DNA from: Thermoflexales bacterium | Lineage (GTDB): Bacteria; Chloroflexota; Anaerolineae; J036; Brachytrichaceae | DNA length: 50,418 nt | Assembly (NCBI GenBank): GCA_039917915.1 | Contig: JBDSIP010000131.1 | Coordinates: forward strand, 1-50,418 | Direction: 5' to 3' | In this document: in pieces, positions 39,563 through 46,679 of the stretch | Position numbering within the stretch: position 1 is the first letter of the stretch | Layout of the letters: every line of letters begins with the position of its first letter | Notes under the pieces: model-generated | Told to the model about the DNA's origin: nothing | What the model saw: the letters and a program-made list of their open reading frames with translations, nothing else | The model's database searches: none | Position numbers and translations under genes: made by a program

Positions 39563-40817
39563 GCCCCGGCACGGGCGCGCGGATCGGTGTGGGCGCCGCC
39601 ATCGGCGCTTGGGTCTGGTGCGGGTGTGGGTTGGCGGCCAATCCGCTACACTCGCCACCATTAACGCCGCCACAGATGTCCGTCTCCGCACCGTCACCGA
39701 AGACGATCTTCCGATCCTCTTCGAACAGCAGCGCGACCCCATCGCCAATGACATGGCGGCCTTCCCCGCGCGCGAGCGCGAGGCCTTCTTCGTCCACTGG
39801 CGGGACAAAGTGCTGGGCGACCCAAATAACATCGCCCGGACCATCCTCTGCAACGGTATCGTGGCCGGCAATATTTGCAGCTTCAACCATGCGGGCGCGC
39901 GCGAGGTCGGCTATTGGCTCGGCCGCGAATTTTGGGGCAGGGGCATCGCCACCCGTGCGCTCGAGGCCTTCCTCGCCATCGAGACAACCCGCCCGCTGCA
40001 TGCCTTTGTCGTCCACCACAACCTCGGCTCACTCCGGGTCCTGCAGAAGTGCGGTTTCACGACCGTCGGCACGGACGCGGAGGGCGTTACAGTTGAAATG
40101 ACGGCAAACCCAGGCCTCATAGCGCTGCTCGGTTCCGGCGAATACCTCGCCGTGATGGACGCCATCGACGAGCGCCTGCTGGCGGCGGCAGGCAAACCGC
40201 GCCCGCGGGTGGTCTGCCTGCCGACGGCCGCCGGCCAGGAAGGGCCGGCCAGCGTGGGCAAATGGATGCGGATGGGGATCGACCACTTCACCCGCCTGGG
40301 CGCCGATGTGACCGCCCTGCCCGCCATCGATCGGGCCGGCGCCGATGACGCCGACCATGCGGCGGCCGTCCGGGCTGCTGACCTGATCTATTTCTCGGGC
40401 GGCAATCCGGGTTATTTACACCGCACGTTGGACGGCTCCGCGCTATGGGCGGCCGTGCTCTCGGCTCGCGCCGCCGGGGCCTCGCTGGCGGGCTGCAGCG
40501 CCGGGGCGATGATCCTGGGCGCGTATCTGCCCGAACGTTTCTCGCTCAACCCGCATTTTGGGCCGGGTTTCGGGCTGCTGCCAAACTGCGTGCTGCTGCC
40601 CCACTTCGACCGTCTGCCGGCCCGGAATGTCGCCATCGCCACGCTGCGCCACAAGCTCAGCCCGGCAACCTTTGCGCTTGGGGTGGATGAGGACACAGCG
40701 TTGGTTGGGCGCCCGGGCGGGACGTGGGAGGTCATGGGCGCGGGCAGCGTCCTCGTCATGCAGCGCGAGGGCAGCCACGAGCACAAGCATGGGGCGATCG
40801 TGACGCTGCCGCAGTAG
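39513..40817 (+). CDS. GNAT N-acetyltransferase fused to peptidase S51 (cyanophycinase / peptidase E-like, class-I amidotransferase-like fold)
   Basis: The N-terminal half has GNAT motifs (VRLRTVTEDDLPILFE...VGYWLGREFWGRGIATRALEAFL...NLGSLRVLQKCGF). The C-terminal half has S51 motifs (RVVCLPTA...LIYFSGGNPGYL...LAGCSAGAMILG). It is a single ORF with no stop between the halves. The ATG at 39513 lies inside the palindromic repeat. In-frame TTG 39609 or GTG 39618/39624 are more plausible starts. Confidence 0.75.
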   Translation: MGLSVTSGSSYESAIQTPRHGRADRCGRRHRRLGLVRVWVGGQSATLATINAATDVRLRTVTEDDLPILFEQQRDPIANDMAAFPAREREAFFVHWRDKVLGDPNNIARTILCNGIVAGNICSFNHAGAREVGYWLGREFWGRGIATRALEAFLAIETTRPLHAFVVHHNLGSLRVLQKCGFTTVGTDAEGVTVEMTANPGLIALLGSGEYLAVMDAIDERLLAAAGKPRPRVVCLPTAAGQEGPASVGKWMRMGIDHFTRLGADVTALPAIDRAGADDADHAAAVRAADLIYFSGGNPGYLHRTLDGSALWAAVLSARAAGASLAGCSAGAMILGAYLPERFSLNPHFGPGFGLLPNCVLLPHFDRLPARNVAIATLRHKLSPATFALGVDEDTALVGRPGGTWEVMGAGSVLVMQREGSHEHKHGAIVTLPQ

Positions 40818-40821
40818 TCAC

Positions 40822-40922
40822 ACCCGAAGCCGCGAAGGACAGAAGCTGGTATCTCATCCGAAGCCGTAAAGGGCGGATCTGTTATCTCACGCGAGGCCGC
40901 GGGGCCGCGAAAGATTTTCTTC
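40822..40922. repeat. About three imperfect ~33-bp direct repeats in the convergent intergenic region; the last may double as a weak terminator
   Basis: U1 acccgaagccgcgaagg...tggtatctc (40822-40855). U2 atccgaagccgtaaagg...tgttatctc (40856-40888). U3 acgcgaggccgcggggccgcgaaagattttcttc (40889-40922). U3 contains an imperfect GC hairpin followed by a T-rich run on the plus strand. Confidence 0.4.
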
Positions 40923-40927
40923 GCCGC

Positions 40928-43165
40928 TTACCGCCTTACGGTCGGAAGATACGCACGCAATGCGCACGTCGACGGGCTGAATTCCGAGCCGTAATCATAG
41001 GTTGAGAACAGAAATCCCGCCGTGCGCTTGTAGGCGGCGTAACATCTCGGGCTGCCCCCTTCGGACAGGCTGATCTTCCAGACGCCGGCGCTGTTGGTCT
41101 GCGCCTCGCCCTTGTAATTCTGGCCCTCGCCATACCCGCTTGGGTCAAGGCCATCGCTGAAGACGTACACCTTTGTCGTGTTGGCAAAGCCGGGCCCGGA
41201 CACCGACGCGTCGCTGGTCCCGGTTAGGGTCACAAACCCGCCCGCGCGGACCATCGAGGTGATCACCGGCCAGCCCGCGGTCGGGATGTTGCCGGAGGAT
41301 GTCTCGGCGGCCTGATCGATGCCCAGCCCGCCGTTTGCGTATAGGGCCGTCGCTATCCAGTTGTTATTGAGCGCGCCGCCATACTCCCGGATCCCGTCGA
41401 GCGCATTCGAGTGGATGGTCGACGTCAGAATGGTGTTGAAGTCGGTGTTTGAACCGCTGAAGGCGATGCCATCCCTGCTATTTCCGAAAATGAGGTTGTT
41501 GGGCCCGATCTGGTTCCTCGTCGCGCCACTTGCCAGCATCACCCCGGTGGAGTGATTCGTCGCGATCCAGTTTCCGCCAGCCACCGTGTTGTGATGCGCG
41601 CCGCTCGATAAAACGACGCCACGCTGGTTTGGCAGCGCCAGGTTCGCCAGCGCGCTATTGAGGCCGATGTCATTGTAGACAACGGTGTTGCTCATCGTCG
41701 CTGCCCCGTCGATGACGATGCCGTCTCCCGTGTTTCCGCCAATCACGTTGATTTGGGCCGGCAAGTTCCCGATCGTATTGCTGTACGAGCCTTCGCTGAT
41801 GATGATGCCGTTGCCACCGTTCGGGCGTATTGCGCCCGCGGGCGTATTTCCGATCCAGTTCCGGGTGATCGTCGTATTCCGGGCGCCCGCCAGCCAGACG
41901 CCACTCTGGCCATTGCCGGCGATGATGTTCCCGCGTTCAAAGGCGATGATCAGCACAAACACGCCGCCGATCCAGTTGCTGGCCCCATTGGAGATCAAGA
42001 TACCGGAGATGCCATTGTTGGCCATCGCCGGATCTTGTGCGCCAATCGTGTTCCCCAGAATCCCGTTGAGGTCCGAGTCGTAGACGTTGATTCCGTTGTT
42101 GGTATTTGCGTAGATCGTATTGCCGTCGCCATCCGTTGCGCCTCCGATCACATTCAAGAACGCGCCATTGCTCAGCCAGACCCCGGTCAGGTTGCCGATG
42201 ATCAGATTGGCCGCGATCGTGTTGCCCGAAGTGCTGTTGATGTTGTTGACGCCATTGCCCTGCAGCAGCACGCCGATTTGGGCATTGTTCGCGACCACAT
42301 TGTTCCGGATGATATTTCGGCGCGAGCCGTCAGCGCCGCTCGCGCTGAACGAAATGCCGTGGCGGTTGGGCAGCGTCTCGCCCGTGTAGCTTCCCCCGAT
42401 TTTGGCGACCGTGGTGCCGATCCAGTTTCCGCTTGCCGCGCCGGCTGGATCGATTCCGATTTTGGCGTCATCCGCGCCAACGGCGAAGATCCCATCAGCC
42501 ACATGGCAGCCGATGACGTTTCCATATATCCAGATCGACGTGCTGCCGCTCGCGCTCACCTCCTCCTGGAGCCAGATCCCGACACTCCCTTTGCGGGTTG
42601 CTCCAGCCGTCAGACAGGTCGTGGCCGATGGGTTGGCCACGCCCAGATAATTGTGATCGATCTGATTTCCGGCGCCTGACTTGACCATGATGTCGCTGCG
42701 ATTGCCATTGATCAGGGTCAGGCCGCTGATGCGGGAACCGCTCGTGTCCACCGTGAAGATGTCGTCCCCGCTGCCCGCCAAACCCGCCCCATTGATTCGC
42801 GGAACACCCGATGCCCCCTGAATGATCGTGCCGGTCATGTTCACCGTCGGCAAGGGGGAGCTCAGGTTGATCTGGCTGATCGCCGGCAGAAACTGGATCG
42901 TCTGGCTGATCCCGATCGTTGCGACCTTGTTTATCGCCCCACGCAGGGTGCAATCGTTGGCTGCCCCCGAACAGGTCGTCACGTTGGCGTCGTCGCTTCG
43001 ATCAACGAACAGGATTGCGGCCGGCGCGAGTGGCCCGGACACGAGCGCGCCAGGTTCGATAAAATGTGGCAGGGCGGCCATGGCAATGGTCGCTGGCGCA
43101 CTGGCGCCAAGCAAGAGAATACCAACCGTGGCGAACCAGCGAAGCAGCGGCTTTTTGTGTGGCAT
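40928..43165 (-). CDS. Secreted right-handed parallel beta-helix repeat protein C1 (745 aa)
   Basis: ATG start with signal peptide MPHKKPLLRWFATVGILLLGASAPATIAMA. It has a CSGAANDCTLRGAINK motif and many reiterated N.I.GN...G(I/V) beta-helix turns. The conserved ~150-aa C-terminal domain ends in AYLPTVRR-COOH (40931-40954). Confidence 0.85.
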   Translation of the reverse strand: MPHKKPLLRWFATVGILLLGASAPATIAMAALPHFIEPGALVSGPLAPAAILFVDRSDDANVTTCSGAANDCTLRGAINKVATIGISQTIQFLPAISQINLSSPLPTVNMTGTIIQGASGVPRINGAGLAGSGDDIFTVDTSGSRISGLTLINGNRSDIMVKSGAGNQIDHNYLGVANPSATTCLTAGATRKGSVGIWLQEEVSASGSTSIWIYGNVIGCHVADGIFAVGADDAKIGIDPAGAASGNWIGTTVAKIGGSYTGETLPNRHGISFSASGADGSRRNIIRNNVVANNAQIGVLLQGNGVNNINSTSGNTIAANLIIGNLTGVWLSNGAFLNVIGGATDGDGNTIYANTNNGINVYDSDLNGILGNTIGAQDPAMANNGISGILISNGASNWIGGVFVLIIAFERGNIIAGNGQSGVWLAGARNTTITRNWIGNTPAGAIRPNGGNGIIISEGSYSNTIGNLPAQINVIGGNTGDGIVIDGAATMSNTVVYNDIGLNSALANLALPNQRGVVLSSGAHHNTVAGGNWIATNHSTGVMLASGATRNQIGPNNLIFGNSRDGIAFSGSNTDFNTILTSTIHSNALDGIREYGGALNNNWIATALYANGGLGIDQAAETSSGNIPTAGWPVITSMVRAGGFVTLTGTSDASVSGPGFANTTKVYVFSDGLDPSGYGEGQNYKGEAQTNSAGVWKISLSEGGSPRCYAAYKRTAGFLFSTYDYGSEFSPSTCALRAYLPTVRR

Positions 43166-43281
43166 TTACGCAATTGTAGAGAATCGAGGCAGATGAGCAA
43201 GCGGGGCCAAGTACCGAAGACCGGAGATTGCAGCAAGCTCGGGCTGGCTTTGGTCTTCCGTCCGCCGTCCGCGGTCCCCCC

Positions 43282-45621
43282 TCACCGTCTTACGATCGGC
43301 AGATACCCTCGCGGCACGCAGGTCGACGGACTGAACTCCGAGCCATAGTCATAGGTCGAGAACAGAAATCCCGCCGTGCGCTTGTAGGCGGCGTAGCACC
43401 TTGGTGCTCCCCCTTCGGACAGAGTGATCCTCCACACACCGGCGCTGTTGGTCTGCGCCTCGCCCTTGTAATTCTGGCCCTCGCCATGCCCGCTTGGGTC
43501 AAGGCCATCGCTGAAGACGTAGACCTTTGTCGTGTTGGCAAAGCCGGGCCCGGACACCGACGCGTCGCTGGTCCCGGTTAGGGTCACAAACCCGCCCGCG
43601 CGGACCACCGAGGTGATCACCGGCCAGCCTGCAGTCGGGATGTTGCCGGAGGATGTCTCGGCGGCCTGATCGATGCCCAGCCCGCCGTTTGCGTATAGGG
43701 CCGTCGCCACCCAGGCGTTGTTGGTCGCGCCCGCGTATTCACGGATGCCGTCGCCCCGGTTCGAGTAGATCGTCGACGTCAGGACCATATTGAACGTGGT
43801 TGCCGGGTCAGAGATGGCGATCCCATCAGCGTCGTTGTTGAAAATGAGGTTGAGAGGGCCGATCTTGTTCTTCACCGCGCCACTCCGCAGCCACACACCG
43901 GCATTCCGATTCTCGGCGATCCAGTTCGAGGCCGCCACCGTGTTGTCGTGCGCGTCGCCGCGGATGACGATGCCGTAATCGTTGGGCAGCGCCAGTGTGA
44001 CCGCCGCTTGCGGCGCGCCGGGGCTGCGTGGCGCGGACGGGCCGTTTAGCAGGCTGAGCGCGCTGTTGACTCCAATGTCGTTGAAGCGCACAGCGTTGCT
44101 CATGGTTGCGCTTCCGTCGATGACGACCCCGTCGCCGTTGTTCCCGCCGATCACATTGAGTTGGGAAAGGACACCGGTCCCAATCGTGTTGCTGTAGGCG
44201 CCGTTGTCGATCAGAACGCCGTTCAACTGGTTGGGGCGCGGCGTGCCGTCGGGCGTGTTTCCGATCCAGTTTCGCGACACCGTCGTGCCGTGCGCGCCAC
44301 CGGTAATCCACACGCCATTCTGGCCGTTTCCTGCGATGATATTCCCACGCTCAAAGGGAAATATCAGCACCAGCACGCCGCCGATCCAATTGCTTGCGCC
44401 GTTGCGGACGTAGACGCCACTGCCGGAATTGGGAGCCATGGTGGGATCACTTGCGCCAATTGTGTTGCCAAGAATGCCATTGAAATCCGAGTCAGTGATG
44501 CTGATCCCATTCCCCTTGTTCGCATAGATGCGGTTGCCATCGCCCTCCTGGTCGCCGCCGATTGTGTTCACGAAGGCGCCATCCTGCAAACTGATGCCGC
44601 CAACGGGCGACCCCAGACCGTTGTGGACGACGGTGTTGCTGACAATTCTGTTTCCAGACGTGCTGTTGATGTTGTTCGTCCCTGTGCCGGTCAGCAGGAT
44701 GCCGTACTGGTCGTTGTTGGCGATGACATTGTTCCGGATCTCGTTTCCGTTCGCCCCATTCCCGCTAGACGCTAAAAACCAGATGCCGATGAGATTGGAA
44801 AGGACGGTTCCGGTGGCGGCACCGCCTACTGCGAAGGGCGTGGTCCCGATCCAATTCCCGTCCGCGGCGCCAGCGGGTGTTTTGCCAATCACCGCATCAT
44901 CGGCTGAACCGACGATGCCGGAGAAGGCGTGGCAGCCGATTGTGTTTCCATGTATCCAAACCGATGTCCCGCCGGTCGCGCTCACTACCGCCGCGAGTGT
45001 GACGCCATACCCGCTTTCGCGCGTCGCGGCTCCGGCCACACAGGCCGTCGCCGCAGGCGATAGCACCCCGATGTGGTTGCCGTCGATCTGATGATCCCGT
45101 CCGCCCAATACTTGAATGTCCGCCGATGTCGGGGAACCGTTGATCATCGTCAGGCCGCTGATGCGCGCGCCGCTTGTCCGGATCGAAAGCATGGCGCCGG
45201 CTGCAATCCCCGCCCCGTTGATGCGCGGCACACCTGACCCGCCGATGATCGATGTATTCGTCGTGGCAATGAGCGGCAGCGGTGCGGTCAGATTGATCTG
45301 CGTGATCTCCGGCGCGAACTGGATCTCCTGCCCCACGCCCGCGGCGTTGATCTTGTTGATCGCTCCCCGCAACGTGCAATCATTTTCCGCGGCCGTGCAG
45401 GCCGTCACACTTGCATCGTCGCCGCGGTCGACTGTCAGCACCCCTCCCAGAGGCGCATGCGGCAGCAGCGGCAGGGTTATCGCGCCCTCCACGGGCGCCG
45501 CTGCGGCAACGGGCGCGGCCGGCGCCATGCCGAGCACGGCGACAACGTAGACGAACGAGACCAGGATGGAAAGGGGGTCGGTCATGGGCGGGAATGGTAC
45601 CCGAGGCGAGGCATTGTTCAT
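43282..45621 (-). CDS. Secreted right-handed parallel beta-helix repeat protein C2 (~779 aa), paralog of C1
   Basis: The ATG at 45621 shares its A with the upstream TGA stop (TGATG). A GTG at 45624 is the alternative start. It has a CTAAENDCTLRGAINK motif and beta-helix turns. The C-terminal domain is nearly identical to C1 and ends in GYLPIVRR-COOH (43285-43308). Confidence 0.85.
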   Translation of the reverse strand: MNNASPRVPFPPMTDPLSILVSFVYVVAVLGMAPAAPVAAAAPVEGAITLPLLPHAPLGGVLTVDRGDDASVTACTAAENDCTLRGAINKINAAGVGQEIQFAPEITQINLTAPLPLIATTNTSIIGGSGVPRINGAGIAAGAMLSIRTSGARISGLTMINGSPTSADIQVLGGRDHQIDGNHIGVLSPAATACVAGAATRESGYGVTLAAVVSATGGTSVWIHGNTIGCHAFSGIVGSADDAVIGKTPAGAADGNWIGTTPFAVGGAATGTVLSNLIGIWFLASSGNGANGNEIRNNVIANNDQYGILLTGTGTNNINSTSGNRIVSNTVVHNGLGSPVGGISLQDGAFVNTIGGDQEGDGNRIYANKGNGISITDSDFNGILGNTIGASDPTMAPNSGSGVYVRNGASNWIGGVLVLIFPFERGNIIAGNGQNGVWITGGAHGTTVSRNWIGNTPDGTPRPNQLNGVLIDNGAYSNTIGTGVLSQLNVIGGNNGDGVVIDGSATMSNAVRFNDIGVNSALSLLNGPSAPRSPGAPQAAVTLALPNDYGIVIRGDAHDNTVAASNWIAENRNAGVWLRSGAVKNKIGPLNLIFNNDADGIAISDPATTFNMVLTSTIYSNRGDGIREYAGATNNAWVATALYANGGLGIDQAAETSSGNIPTAGWPVITSVVRAGGFVTLTGTSDASVSGPGFANTTKVYVFSDGLDPSGHGEGQNYKGEAQTNSAGVWRITLSEGGAPRCYAAYKRTAGFLFSTYDYGSEFSPSTCVPRGYLPIVRR

Positions 45622-46679
45622 CACAACGCTCCGTGCCGGCGCAGGATTTCGACCACCCGCTCAACCGGGAGCGCCTCAACCGTCCGCCCGCCGCGCCCGG
45701 TCATCGTATTCGCCATGAGCAGCGCGTTGTAGATCGCCTCCTCGGTCGCCTCGACCACGGCCTCGAACAAAGATGACATTGCACCGTTGGACAGGACACG
45801 CGTCGTTCTCAGCCCTTCACCCGGACGAATGCGATTCTCGACAGCGACGCTGAAGACGATGGCGTAGTCGCCGCTGCCGTTGCTCATCGCCGAGCCGGTC
45901 CGGCCCAGGCCCAGCATCGCCCGCGCGCCGAGCCGGCGCAGGTTGCGCGCGTCGAGCGGCGCGTCGGTGGCCAGGACGATGATGATCGAGCCGTCGGGGC
46001 CGCCGTGCCGGCCAGGGTCGACCAGCGCATCCCCAACCGGAACGCCGACGATGGTAAGGCGCCCGCCAAAGTTGGCCTGGACCAGTGCGCCGACCGTCCA
46101 GGTTCCACCGCCTGCCTCAGCCATCCGCGAAGACGTGCCAATCCCGCCCTTGTAGCCAAAGGCCACCGTCCCCGTCCCTGCCCCGACTGCGCCCTCCTCG
46201 ACCGATCCGCTCGACGCCATCCCCAGGGCAGCGAAAACCTCATCGCGCCCGACATGCCGTCCACGTATGTCATTGAGCAGCCCGTCGTTGGTTTCGGCCA
46301 CGATCGGGTTGATGCTGCGGGCCTCCTCGTTGCCGGGCAGCGCCATCATCCACTCCAGCAGCGCATCCGCGACGCGCGGCGCGTTCAGAGTGCTGGTCAG
46401 CAGGATGGGCGTCTCGATCTCGCCCAGCTCCTCGACCTGGGTCGAGCCCATCAGCTTGCCGTAGCCGTTGCCAACAAAGATCGCGGCCGGCACCCGATCC
46501 TGCAGCATGTTTCCGTTATGCGGCAGAATGGCGGTCACGCCTGTGCGAATGTCCGCGCCCTGGACCCGGGTGGCCTGCCCAACCCGCACGCCCGGCACAT
46601 CGGTGATGGCGTTCAACGGCCCGGGCGGCAGCGCGCCAACGATGATGCCCAGGTCGCGGGCACGCCTGCGACCGCTCAA
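45621..46679 (-). CDS. DmpA/BapA-family (peptidase S58, P1-family) Ntn-hydrolase aminopeptidase
   Basis: RARDLGIIVGALPPGPLNAITDVPGVRVGQ at the N-terminus. GAGTGT motif. PDG|SIIIVLATDAPL matches the self-cleavage Gly-Ser nucleophile context of DmpA. No signal peptide. TTG start overlaps the upstream stop (TTGA). Confidence 0.8.
   Translation of the reverse strand: MSGRRRARDLGIIVGALPPGPLNAITDVPGVRVGQATRVQGADIRTGVTAILPHNGNMLQDRVPAAIFVGNGYGKLMGSTQVEELGEIETPILLTSTLNAPRVADALLEWMMALPGNEEARSINPIVAETNDGLLNDIRGRHVGRDEVFAALGMASSGSVEEGAVGAGTGTVAFGYKGGIGTSSRMAEAGGGTWTVGALVQANFGGRLTIVGVPVGDALVDPGRHGGPDGSIIIVLATDAPLDARNLRRLGARAMLGLGRTGSAMSNGSGDYAIVFSVAVENRIRPGEGLRTTRVLSNGAMSSLFEAVVEATEEAIYNALLMANTMTGRGGRTVEALPVERVVEILRRHGAL

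Noticed and set aside
40724-41005. 93-aa plus-strand ORF across the convergent intergenic region.
   Set aside because: Its repetitive translation (PEAAKDRSWYL / IRSRKGRICYL / TRGRGAAKDFL) simply mirrors the ~33-bp DNA repeats. It also overlaps the 3' ends of two supported genes.
43166-43281. Possible terminator or hairpin between C2 and C1 (GAAGACC ... GGTCTTC).
   Set aside because: It has only a 7-bp stem with a ~29-nt loop and no U-tract. This is not distinguishable from chance in GC-rich sequence.
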